A stretch of DNA of 64,000 nucleotides from Tagaea sp. (GTDB lineage: Bacteria > Pseudomonadota > Alphaproteobacteria > CACIAM-22H2): positions 160,001-224,000 of the forward strand of contig CBDIIB010000005.1 in the NCBI GenBank assembly GCA_965279525.1, written 5' to 3'. A program made the translations under genes and the position numbers. Under the pieces are notes generated by a model, which was given only the letters and a program-made list of their open reading frames with translations, was not told the origin of the DNA and did no database searches. This document shows, piece by piece, positions 20,149 through 30,101 of the stretch (positions are counted from its first letter, which is position 1; every line of letters begins with the position of its first letter).

Positions 20149-20961
20149 ATGTCGGGAACGAACGTATCGATCCTGCTGGTCGGCTGCGGGAAGATGGGCG
20201 GCGCCATGCTGCAGGGCTGGCGACGCGAACCCGGGCTTGGCCCTTTTGCCGCGGTCGAGCCAGGCGGCGCGCCCGAATTCGAGAACGCCGCCGACGTGAC
20301 CGTCGTGCGCAGCGCCGATGACCTCCCGGCGGGCTTTTCGCCAAGCGTCGTCGTGTTCGCGACCAAGCCGCAGGTCATGGACCAGGTCGCACCGGCCTAT
20401 AAGCGCTTTGCCGCCACCGCGCTTTTCGTGTCGGTCGCGGCCGGCAAGACGATCGCGTATTTCCGCCATCATCTGGGCGCCAGCGCCGCCATCGTGCGCG
20501 CGATGCCCAACACGCCCGCCGCCGTCGGCCGTGGCATCACTGTGGGCTGCCCCACCGCCGACGTGACGCCGGCCCAGCGCGCGGTCGCCGACAAGCTGCT
20601 GCGCTCGGTGGGCGCGGTCGAATGGGTGACCGACGAAGGGCTGATCGACGCCGTGACGGCCGTTTCGGGCTCGGGGCCGGCCTACGTGTTTCTGCTGGCC
20701 GAGGCGATGGCCGCGGCCGGCGCCAAGGCCGGGCTGCCGGCCGACCTTGCCATGCGCCTGGCCCGGGCGACGGTTTCGGGGGCCGGCGAGCTTCTCCGCC
20801 AGGCCCCTGAATCGGCCGAACAATTGCGGAAAAACGTGACTTCCCCGAAGGGTACGACCGCCGCCGCCCTCGAAGTGCTGATGGCGCCGGACGGGTTCGG
20901 GGTGCTGCTGGAAAAGGCAATCGACGCTGCGGCAAAACGCTCGCGTGAGCTTGCCTCCTAG
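20149..20961 (+). CDS. proC: pyrroline-5-carboxylate reductase
   Basis: GCGKMG, RAMPNTP, SGSGPAY, VTSPKGTT. Confidence 0.96.
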   Translation: MSGTNVSILLVGCGKMGGAMLQGWRREPGLGPFAAVEPGGAPEFENAADVTVVRSADDLPAGFSPSVVVFATKPQVMDQVAPAYKRFAATALFVSVAAGKTIAYFRHHLGASAAIVRAMPNTPAAVGRGITVGCPTADVTPAQRAVADKLLRSVGAVEWVTDEGLIDAVTAVSGSGPAYVFLLAEAMAAAGAKAGLPADLAMRLARATVSGAGELLRQAPESAEQLRKNVTSPKGTTAAALEVLMAPDGFGVLLEKAIDAAAKRSRELAS

Positions 20962-21111
20962 CGGGTAGACAGACCCCCCCGACGCTGTTATTTTCCGCGC
21001 CTTCCTGCGCTCCGGGTCCCGCCCGGCGGTCGCGGGAATTGTGTTTCTAGGCGTCCTTTCAAGACCTTGAGCAGGCCCAACGCGACGGGCAGGCGACGGC
21101 GGAACAGACCG

Positions 21112-22044
<933 letters not shown>

Positions 22045-22121
22045 GGGCAGGAAACCGGAAAGACCGGCGCGCGGCACCCCTGGAGGCCGGCGGCGGAACC
22101 CACGCTAGAGGAGAGAGTACT

Positions 22122-22874
22122 ATGTCGACTTCCAACAAGCTCGCGGCGACCGCGAGAGAGCGGGCTGGGAAAGGGGCCGCCCGCGCCACACGTCGCGACG
22201 GCCGCGTGCCGGGCGTGATCTATGGCGACAAGGCTGCCCCCACGCTGATCTCGCTCGATCCGCGCGACATCATGCGCGAAGCCTCGAAGGCCGGGTTCTT
22301 CACCCGCCTCTACGACATCGAGGTTTCGGGCAAGACGCATCGCGTGCTGCCGCGCGACGTGCAGTTCCACCCGGTGAACGACAAGCCGGAGCACATCGAC
22401 TTCCAGCGCGTGGGTGCCTCCACCCGCGTGCGCGTCGAAGTGCCGATCAAGCTCGAGAACCTCGACAAGTCGCCGGGCGTCAAGCGCGGCGGCGTCGTCA
22501 ATCTCGTGCGCCACGAGATCGAGGTGTGGGCCAATCCGGGCACCATCCCGTCGCGCATCGTGATCGACATGGCCGGTCTCGACATCGGCGATTCGGTGCA
22601 CATCAACGCGATCGCGCTTCCCGAGGGCGTGAAGCCCACGATCGCGCGCAACTTCACGGTCGTGGCGCTGCGCGCCCCGTCGGTGTCGAAGGCGGAAGAA
22701 GAGAAGCCCGCAGCAGACGCGGCAGCCGCAGCGGCTCCCGCCGCAGGCGATGCCAAGGCAGCTCCGGGTGCGGCTCCGGCCGCCGGCGCCAAGGCGGGCG
22801 ATGCCAAGGCTGCGGCTCCGGCCGCGGCGGCAGGTGCCGCCAAGGCCCCTGCCAAGCCGGCCGCCAAGAAGTAA
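22122..22874 (+). CDS. rplY: 50S ribosomal protein L25 / Ctc
   Basis: GKGAARATRR.G.VPGVIYG, RDVQFHPV, HIDF; Ala/Lys/Pro-rich tail. Confidence 0.96.
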   Translation: MSTSNKLAATARERAGKGAARATRRDGRVPGVIYGDKAAPTLISLDPRDIMREASKAGFFTRLYDIEVSGKTHRVLPRDVQFHPVNDKPEHIDFQRVGASTRVRVEVPIKLENLDKSPGVKRGGVVNLVRHEIEVWANPGTIPSRIVIDMAGLDIGDSVHINAIALPEGVKPTIARNFTVVALRAPSVSKAEEEKPAADAAAAAAPAAGDAKAAPGAAPAAGAKAGDAKAAAPAAAAGAAKAPAKPAAKK

Positions 22875-22910
22875 GGCGGACGGTCCAGCACGCATTTCGG
22901 GGTCCGGGCC

Positions 22911-23495
22911 ATGAAGCTCCTCGTCGGGCTTGGCAATCCGGGCCCCGAATATGCGGGCAACCGCCACAATGTCGGCTTCCACGCCGTCGACCGCATCGCC
23001 GAACGCTGGCGCTTCGGTCCGTGGAAGAAGCGGCTGGGCGGAATGACGGCCGAGGGCGACATCGTCGGCCATCGCGTCGTTGCGCTGAAGCCGCTCACCT
23101 ACATGAACGAGTCCGGCCGCTCGGTCGGCGAGGCGAGCCGCTTCCTGAAGATCGTGCCGGGTTCGGTCTTCGTGATCCACGATGAGCTCGACCTGCCGCC
23201 GGCGAAGATCCGCACCAAGACGGGCGGCGGCAATGGCGGGCACAACGGGCTGCGCTCGATAGACGCGCACCTCGGCACGAAGGACTATCGCCGCCTGCGC
23301 ATCGGCATCGGTCATCCGGGCGACAAGGACCTCGTGTCGGATTACGTGCTGCATGATTTCGGCAAGGGCGACCGGCAGTGGCTGGCTCCGCTCCTCGACG
23401 CGATCGCCGAATCCTGCGCCATGTTCCTCGACGGGAACGAGGCGGGTTTCATGAACAAGGTCGTGCGCCTGACCGCACCGCCAAAACCGGACTGA
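22911..23495 (+). CDS. pth: peptidyl-tRNA hydrolase
   Basis: VGLGNPG, NRHNVGF, TYMNESG, GGHNGLRS. Confidence 0.97.
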   Translation: MKLLVGLGNPGPEYAGNRHNVGFHAVDRIAERWRFGPWKKRLGGMTAEGDIVGHRVVALKPLTYMNESGRSVGEASRFLKIVPGSVFVIHDELDLPPAKIRTKTGGGNGGHNGLRSIDAHLGTKDYRRLRIGIGHPGDKDLVSDYVLHDFGKGDRQWLAPLLDAIAESCAMFLDGNEAGFMNKVVRLTAPPKPD

Positions 23496-23507
23496 AGGAC
23501 GAACGAC

Positions 23508-24608
23508 ATGGGTTTCCGCTGCGGTATCGTCGGCCTGCCGAATGTCGGCAAGTCGACCCTGTTCAACGCGCTGACGGCCACGGCCGCCGCAGCGGCGGCG
23601 AACTATCCGTTCTGCACGATCGAGCCGAACGTGGGCCGCGTGCCGGTTCCCGACGCGCGCCTCGACAAGCTCTCCGAACTCGGCAAGTCGCAACGCACGG
23701 TGCCGACCCAGCTCGAGTTCGTCGACATCGCCGGCCTCGTGCGCGGGGCGTCGAAGGGCGAAGGACTGGGCAACCAGTTCCTCGGCCATATCCGCGAGGT
23801 CGACGCGATCGCACACGTGCTGCGCTGCTTCGAGAACGGCGACATCGTCCACGTGGAGGGCTCGATCGATCCGATCCGCGATGCCGAGACGGTCGAGACC
23901 GAGCTGATGCTTGCCGACATGGACAGCCTCGACAAGCGCCTGCCCAACCTCCAGAAGAAGGCCAAGACCGGCGACAAGGAAGCCAAGGCGCAGATCGAGA
24001 TCATCGAGCCGATCCTTGCCGCGCTGCGCGAAGGCAAGCCCGCGCGCACGTTCGTGCCGGCACCCGAGCAGCGCGAGACGCTGCGCCTTCTCCAGCTCCT
24101 GACCGCCAAGCCCGTCCTCTACGTGTGCAATGTCGAGGAAGAGAGTGCGGACAAGGGCAACTCGCTGTCCGCCAAGGTCGCCGAGATGGCCAAGCGCCAG
24201 GGCGCGCGCTCGGTCGTGATCTCCGCCGCGATCGAGGCGGAAATCTCGCAGCTCGCCTCGGCCGAGGAGCGCGCGGGATTCCTTGAATCGCTGGGCCTCA
24301 AGGAAACCGGCCTCACGCGCGTGATCCGCGCGGGTTACGAACTGCTCGGCCTGATGACGTTCTTCACCGTGGGGCCGAAGGAGGCGCGCGCCTGGACCGT
24401 GCATGCCGGTGCGAAGGCCCCGGAAGCCGCCGGCGTCATCCACACCGATTTCGAGCGCGGCTTCATCGCCGCCGAGACGATCGCCTACGCCGACTATGTG
24501 GCGCTGGGCGGCGAAGCGGGTGCCAAGGAAGCCGGCAAGGCCCGCACCGAAGGCCGCGACTACAAGGTCGCCGACGGCGACGTGTTCCTGTTCCGGTTCA
24601 ATGTTTAA
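23508..24608 (+). CDS. ychF: redox-regulated ATPase YchF
   Basis: GIVGLPNVGKST, ANYPFCTIEPN, GEGLGNQFL, IHTDFERGFI. Confidence 0.98.
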   Translation: MGFRCGIVGLPNVGKSTLFNALTATAAAAAANYPFCTIEPNVGRVPVPDARLDKLSELGKSQRTVPTQLEFVDIAGLVRGASKGEGLGNQFLGHIREVDAIAHVLRCFENGDIVHVEGSIDPIRDAETVETELMLADMDSLDKRLPNLQKKAKTGDKEAKAQIEIIEPILAALREGKPARTFVPAPEQRETLRLLQLLTAKPVLYVCNVEEESADKGNSLSAKVAEMAKRQGARSVVISAAIEAEISQLASAEERAGFLESLGLKETGLTRVIRAGYELLGLMTFFTVGPKEARAWTVHAGAKAPEAAGVIHTDFERGFIAAETIAYADYVALGGEAGAKEAGKARTEGRDYKVADGDVFLFRFNV

Positions 24609-24617
24609 GACTGTTCA

Positions 24618-25361
24618 CTAGATGATGTCGGCAACGATGCGCGCGAGGCGTTTGCGCACTTCCTCGGCGATCTGCGCCTGGCTGACATTGCGCCCGCCGG
24701 CATAGACGGCAATGTGGGTGCGCACGAGCTGTCGGAACGGGCGAAGCTCCGTCTCGCGTTCTTCCAGGCGCGGGCTGTCGGAGAAGGTGATCGTGCGCTG
24801 TGTCGTGCCCGAGCGCGTATCGAGGATGCCGACCGATACCTCCGCGACGACGATATAGGTGTCCTTGGTCGCGAACGTGCCGGCGACGGCGCCCAGCGTG
24901 GCGCCGGACAGCAGGCCGATGGCGGTTCCTTGCGACACGCTCGAGGCGCGTCCGGCGACCGCACCCGCCGCCCCGCCCAGGAACGCGAACTCGGTGCTGT
25001 AGTTGACCGAAATCTGGCTCGAACGCAGCACGTTGAGATCGACGCGCACACCGAAATCCTCGCCGTCGGTCGGCTGGAAGCCCTTGCCGGCATAGGAGCC
25101 GCGCAGCTGGCCCGCGAAGGCACCCATGTCGAAGGCCATATCGCCCGACGTGTTGCGCGTGACCACGCGCAGACGCCGGTTGCGGAACTGCGTGGCGTCA
25201 ACGACGAGGCTTTTCTCAACGATCGAGCCATAGGCAAGCCCCGTCGCCGGGTCGACGACGGCACCCTGCGGCGCGCCCGGCGCGCAGGCCGAAAGAGCCA
25301 GCGCGATTGCCGTCGCGATCAGCGGGAGGTGACGACGGTGATGTTCTTCTCGCGCAGCCAT
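24618..25361 (-). CDS. traT: TraT-like (complement resistance / surface exclusion) lipoprotein
   Basis: Lipobox LSAC, RNTSGD, central glycine zipper (GGAAGAVAG...GATLGAVAG), C-terminal helix. Confidence 0.6.
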   Translation of the reverse strand: MAAREEHHRRHLPLIATAIALALSACAPGAPQGAVVDPATGLAYGSIVEKSLVVDATQFRNRRLRVVTRNTSGDMAFDMGAFAGQLRGSYAGKGFQPTDGEDFGVRVDLNVLRSSQISVNYSTEFAFLGGAAGAVAGRASSVSQGTAIGLLSGATLGAVAGTFATKDTYIVVAEVSVGILDTRSGTTQRTITFSDSPRLEERETELRPFRQLVRTHIAVYAGGRNVSQAQIAEEVRKRLARIVADII

Positions 25362-27577
25362 TCGAGGACCTCGCTGTAGTGGACTGTGAAGTTCAGGTTC
25401 TCGGCACCCGGCCCGTTATCGCCCCAGCTCACGACGCTGACGACCCGGTCGCCCATGAAAACCGGCCCGCCCGAGTTGCCCGGGCTGGTCGCGGCATCGA
25501 TCTGGATCTGGCGGACCGGCTTGCCCATCCGCGGACCATGCATGCGCATCTCCCGGACGGCGCTGACGACGCCGCGCGTGACGGAGAATTCATGGCCGCG
25601 CGGATGGCCGATCACTTCGACGGTCGATCCGAGATCGAGCCGCTGGCCGTCGTAGAAACGCACGGGCTTTCCGCGCGCCTGCACGCGGATCAAGGCCAGA
25701 TCGACGCGGACATCCACCGCTTCGACCCTTCCGAACGTCTCGAGTCCGTTCGACATCTTCATTTCCACGATCTTCCGGTCTCCGACGACGTGATGGTTCG
25801 TAAGCACGAGATCGGGCGCAATGAAGAATCCCGAACCGGAGCTGCCCGGCAGGAAAATCCGCACCACGCTTTCCATCCGCGCGTCGGTCGTGCGGCTGTC
25901 CTGGATCTTCGTCGTCTCGAAGCGCGCGAGTGTCGTGTTCTTGTCGCGCTGCAGATCCTCGCGCAGGGCGACAAGGGATACGAGCTTCTGTGCCCGCCCC
26001 TGCTGCTGCAGATAGTGGCCGACGAGTTGGGACATCGGCATCTTCATCGGGGCCGTCTCCCAGTCGACGACCTCTTTTTCGGCATGGCCGTCAGCTGCGT
26101 GCCGGTCGCGCTCGGGATCGTTGCGGTCGATGTCGTAATTGACGCGGAACTGCTGGTTTTCCGTGATGTCGAAGGATGACTTGACGTAAGTCCCAGCCTT
26201 GCGGTCGATCACGTAGTAGTTGACCGTCATCGCGCGCGATCCGTCGACCCGGGCGCGCTTGAATTGGTATTCCTCGATGACCGGAACAACGATCCGCTGC
26301 GGCGTGTTGCGCAGCTTTCCCATCGATTCCTCGACCTTGTTCCGTGCCGACGTCGTTCCCACGATGTCCGACAGGCCCGTGAGGAACGCGCCCAGCGGAC
26401 TGCCTGCGCTGCGCAGGCTGTTGAGGTTCGCCTGCATCTGCGCCTGCTGGTGGGCCATCTGGGCATTCTGCACTTCGACGCGGACCAGGTCGTATTCCGG
26501 GTTCGCTTCCTGGCGCGTGCCGACCTGCCGGCGCGAGACGATGCCTTCCATCCCGCTGACGCGCCGGTTGACGCGGGCAAGCGCCACATCGAACACGACG
26601 AGGAAATCGTCCTCGGCCGCCTCGAACGCGCGGTCGAGTTCGACCTTCTTCGCGTCGAACGGCAGGTCGATGTCGATCTCGGCCGGGAACTCGATCTGGC
26701 CGGCGCGCAGCAGCGTCTGGCTCGTCGCCTGCACGAAGCCCACACGTATTCCATCGAGCTTTTGCGGCGCGAGACCGGCCGCCCGCACGGCTTCCACACC
26801 GGCCATCGCGGCACGCAGGCTGCCAAGCGGTGCGCCGGACGCACGGGCATACGCGCGGGCAAGCAGCCCCGCGACATCGGTTTCATTCTCCGCCGCCAGC
26901 GCGCTGGCAGCCGACAGGGTTCCGACGAAGCGCGACAGGTCGGACGGTGACGCGCCCTCAAGGCGCGTACGCAAGGTTCCGTCGAGGCCCGCGCGCAGGA
27001 CTGCCTGGGCGTCGACCGGAACGGGATAGAGCGCGAAGAAGCCGGGTTCGGCGAACGGATCGAAGGCCGTGAAGGCGCCGGGAGCGCCCTGGACGAGGCG
27101 CGCGGTCACGTCGGCATGTAGCGCACGAAGCTCCCCGACCAGCGTTGTCGCGAACTCCGGCAGCGCCAGCAACGCCACGCCGTCGTGCCGCTCGAGGGCA
27201 GCCTGCGCCTGCGCGAGCGCCGCGCGCAGCTCGCCCCAGCGCCCCGGATTGCCAGCGAGCTTGTCGAGGTCGGCAAGGCCTGTATGCGCGGCCTGCATTT
27301 CCGGCCCGATCGTCTGCAGCAGGCCATCGGCGGCCGCCTTCAGCGCTGCCGCGTGGCGGATGCGCCGTTCCGGCCCGAAGAAGGCCGGATGGTCGGCAAA
27401 GACGCGCGCGGCGGCTTCGTGCTCGCCTGCCTTGACGAGATCCTCGAGGTGCTGGCCCTGATTGTAGAAGATCGAATAGCTGACCGGCGCCGGCCCCTGC
27501 CCGCCGGTCGTGAGCTGGTCGGGCTGGCAGCCCGCGAGCAGAAAAAAACCCAGAAGAGCAATCGTCCGAGAGCGCAT
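25319..27577 (-). CDS. lipoprotein with C-terminal trypsin-like serine protease
   Basis: Lipobox LAGC; GSGFF, LTNHHVV (His), DLALI (Asp), PGNSGGP (Ser); no PDZ domain. Confidence 0.85.
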   Translation of the reverse strand: MRSRTIALLGFFLLAGCQPDQLTTGGQGPAPVSYSIFYNQGQHLEDLVKAGEHEAAARVFADHPAFFGPERRIRHAAALKAAADGLLQTIGPEMQAAHTGLADLDKLAGNPGRWGELRAALAQAQAALERHDGVALLALPEFATTLVGELRALHADVTARLVQGAPGAFTAFDPFAEPGFFALYPVPVDAQAVLRAGLDGTLRTRLEGASPSDLSRFVGTLSAASALAAENETDVAGLLARAYARASGAPLGSLRAAMAGVEAVRAAGLAPQKLDGIRVGFVQATSQTLLRAGQIEFPAEIDIDLPFDAKKVELDRAFEAAEDDFLVVFDVALARVNRRVSGMEGIVSRRQVGTRQEANPEYDLVRVEVQNAQMAHQQAQMQANLNSLRSAGSPLGAFLTGLSDIVGTTSARNKVEESMGKLRNTPQRIVVPVIEEYQFKRARVDGSRAMTVNYYVIDRKAGTYVKSSFDITENQQFRVNYDIDRNDPERDRHAADGHAEKEVVDWETAPMKMPMSQLVGHYLQQQGRAQKLVSLVALREDLQRDKNTTLARFETTKIQDSRTTDARMESVVRIFLPGSSGSGFFIAPDLVLTNHHVVGDRKIVEMKMSNGLETFGRVEAVDVRVDLALIRVQARGKPVRFYDGQRLDLGSTVEVIGHPRGHEFSVTRGVVSAVREMRMHGPRMGKPVRQIQIDAATSPGNSGGPVFMGDRVVSVVSWGDNGPGAENLNFTVHYSEVLEWLREKNITVVTSR

Positions 27578-27713
27578 CGAATCCTCGCATCGAGAAATGC
27601 ACCCTTTGATTATACTTTGTTCACCTCCCGTTTAAATGGTTTTATGAGAAAATACATACGTATTAAGATTGTGTCTTTGGGTAAAGCACCACGCCGGCCC
27701 CGCCCTGGTCGTG

Positions 27714-28343
27714 CTAGCGAAGCGCAGCGAGGATTTTCGGGTCGTTGAGCAACATCTCCAGCTTTGCGCGGAACGCCGGCGGCACCGCTTCCTTGGCGTG
27801 GGCAGGCGGATTGAAGGCGTTGCCGCCGAGATCGTCGCGGCCGGCAAGGTTGCTGTCCGTCAGCACCCGCCCGGTCCTGTCGAAGACCGTCGCGTTCAGG
27901 TCGTAGAGCAGCGCCGTCGCCACGTACGTGTCCGACTTCCATTCCCGGATGGTGAGCAGCAGCGCGCGGTCGCGCCCGACATCCAGCAGCGCCCGGTGCG
28001 AGTCCGTCACGCCCTGCCCCGGCGCGATCGGCACCTCGGTGGCGTCGACACCCTTGGTTTTCAGGGCCGCAACGACGGCCTTGCCGAAATCGGTGGCCAG
28101 CGGATTGCCCGAAGCGGTCGTCACGTTGAACGGATTGCCGAAGCCGCCGCGCGACAGGCCGGCGAAATTCTCGGCCTTGTCCTTGTCCTTGTCCAGCACA
28201 TAGGGACGGCGATCCTGCACGCCGACGGCGGTGCTGGCCGCGGACTGCATGGCGAGTTGCGGCACGACACCGTAATCGTGCTGGTTGCCGACGGCACAGG
28301 CGCCAAGGGAAAGCGACAGCAGGCAAACGAGTATTCTCTTCAT
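27714..28343 (-). CDS. lipoprotein (YajG-like)
   Basis: MKRILVCLLSLSLGAC lipobox; VQDRRP, RGGFGNPF. Confidence 0.7.
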   Translation of the reverse strand: MKRILVCLLSLSLGACAVGNQHDYGVVPQLAMQSAASTAVGVQDRRPYVLDKDKDKAENFAGLSRGGFGNPFNVTTASGNPLATDFGKAVVAALKTKGVDATEVPIAPGQGVTDSHRALLDVGRDRALLLTIREWKSDTYVATALLYDLNATVFDRTGRVLTDSNLAGRDDLGGNAFNPPAHAKEAVPPAFRAKLEMLLNDPKILAALR

Positions 28344-28567
28344 GCGGCCTCCGGAGGGTGCGTGCAAATCCAAGTAGTCACTGGATAGTGCATCTAACCG
28401 AAGGCGGCAAAAAAGCGGAAAAGGCGAACGGAAACGACGCAACCCCGGAAAAAAGCGAGCAAAGATTGCATTTCGAAGCCGGAATCCCGGCAGTCCACGA
28501 CGCTTGCCCGACTCGGGGCGCGGCTTGCATAGTTGGCCGCGACCGGGAAAGAACAACAGGGAAACGA

Positions 28568-29242
28568 ATGGGCCACCCCATCGAGTTGACGGCGAGCGAC
28601 GGCCACACGTTCCAGGCTTGGCGGGCGGACCCGCCGGGCAAGCCGAAGGCCGGGATCGTCGTGGTCCAGGAGATTTTCGGTCTCAACGAGCACATCCGGA
28701 AGATGGCCGACGGCTTCGGCTATGACGGCTATCTGGCCATCGCGCCCGCCCTGTTCGACCGGGTGAAGCCGGGCCTCGAGCTTGGCTATGGCGAGGACGA
28801 CATCGCCAAGGGGCGCGAGCTGCGCGCCAAGGTGCCCACGCACAAGGCGCTGGCCGACATCGCGGCTTCGGCGCTGGCCCTCCAGCGGGCGGGCTGCATC
28901 AAGATCGCGGTCGTCGGCTATTGCTGGGGCGGCACGCTCGCCTGGCTTTCGGCCACGCGCGTGACGGGCCTCAACGCGGCGATCTGCTATTACGGCGGCG
29001 GCGTCGCCCAGCACGTGGACGAGCCGGCGCGCTGCCCGGTGCTGTTCCATTTCGGCGAGACCGACGCCTCGATCCCGATGACGGATGTCGAGAAGATCGG
29101 CCGCTACCAGCCGGACACCGACCTGTTCGTCTATCCGGCGGGCCACGGCTTCGCGTGCGACGCGCGCGCGTCGTTCGACAAGCCGTCGGCGGACAAGGCG
29201 CGCGAGCGCACGCGCGAGTTCCTGCGCCGGCACGCCGGCTAG
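28568..29242 (+). CDS. dienelactone hydrolase family protein
   Basis: QEIFG, GYCWGG nucleophile elbow, YPAGHGF. Confidence 0.93.
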   Translation: MGHPIELTASDGHTFQAWRADPPGKPKAGIVVVQEIFGLNEHIRKMADGFGYDGYLAIAPALFDRVKPGLELGYGEDDIAKGRELRAKVPTHKALADIAASALALQRAGCIKIAVVGYCWGGTLAWLSATRVTGLNAAICYYGGGVAQHVDEPARCPVLFHFGETDASIPMTDVEKIGRYQPDTDLFVYPAGHGFACDARASFDKPSADKARERTREFLRRHAG

Positions 29243-29246
29243 GGCA

Positions 29247-30101
29247 TCACGCTTCCACGAAGCTGAGGGCGACACCGCCGGCCTCTTCGGAGGGCAGGTG
29301 GAGCGCATCCGTGCGGTCGCGGTCGAAATCCACGCCGCCGGCTTTCAGTGCCGCCTGGCATGCGGCGAGCGAACGCACCTTCAGCGTCATGCCGGCAAGG
29401 CCCATGCGCACGGGTTCGTCCGGGCCGACGGCCGGATGCAGGAACGTCATGTCGTGCGGCTTGGCGAACAGCACGAGCCCTGCCCCCTTGCCCCAGCGCA
29501 CGGCAAGCGTGTCGTCGGTAGGCACGGCCGAGCCGAGACCGAAGACGCGCTCGTAGCCGTCGGTCAGCGACAGCGGATCCTCGACGATGCAGGTGAGGCT
29601 CGCGACGGCGCACGCGGTGTTGGCATGCGCCATCCATTCCGGCCGCCAGACCGCGTCGCGCATCAGGTGCTGGGTGACGAACGGCTTGATGCCGCCGGGC
29701 CATGGCGCTTCCGGCATCGCGAGCGCGAATTTGAGCTCGATGGCCCCTTCGGGCAGTTCGAGCAGCCGGCCGAGATCGCGCCGCGCGTGCGGCTGGCCGC
29801 GCGAAGCAAGCCACGCCGCAGCCGCATCGGCATCGTCGGCGGCGAGTGCAAAGCCCAGCAGTCCGTCGCCCTGCGCCGCAAGCATCGCACCCAGGCCGTT
29901 ATCGAAGCCGGCCGGATCGACCATGCCGAGCAGTTCGAGATAGTCGCGCTCCAGCATGATGCAGTAGTTGCCGGTCCCCCAGCCCTTGTGGCGGCCGCGC
30001 GGCGTGAGCGTGAAGCCGAGCCGCGCCCACAACGCGCGCGCACCTTCGAGATCGCCCGTGCCCAGGATCACATGGTCGAGGCCGTCGATGGGTCCGATCA
30101 T
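29247..30101 (-). CDS. VOC / glyoxalase-like protein
   Basis: LDHV, LGFTLTPRGRH..WGT.N, YLEL, HAN; ATGA overlap with the upstream gene. Confidence 0.85.
   Translation of the reverse strand: MIGPIDGLDHVILGTGDLEGARALWARLGFTLTPRGRHKGWGTGNYCIMLERDYLELLGMVDPAGFDNGLGAMLAAQGDGLLGFALAADDADAAAAWLASRGQPHARRDLGRLLELPEGAIELKFALAMPEAPWPGGIKPFVTQHLMRDAVWRPEWMAHANTACAVASLTCIVEDPLSLTDGYERVFGLGSAVPTDDTLAVRWGKGAGLVLFAKPHDMTFLHPAVGPDEPVRMGLAGMTLKVRSLAACQAALKAGGVDFDRDRTDALHLPSEEAGGVALSFVEA

Noticed and set aside
22720-22874. Repeated GGCGATGCCAAGGC in rplY
   Set aside because: Encodes the ordinary low-complexity Ala/Lys/Pro tail of Ctc-type L25
28505-28530. Possible sigma54 promoter before the dienelactone hydrolase gene
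   Set aside because: Only GG-N10-GC and TTGC match; the -24 element is poor
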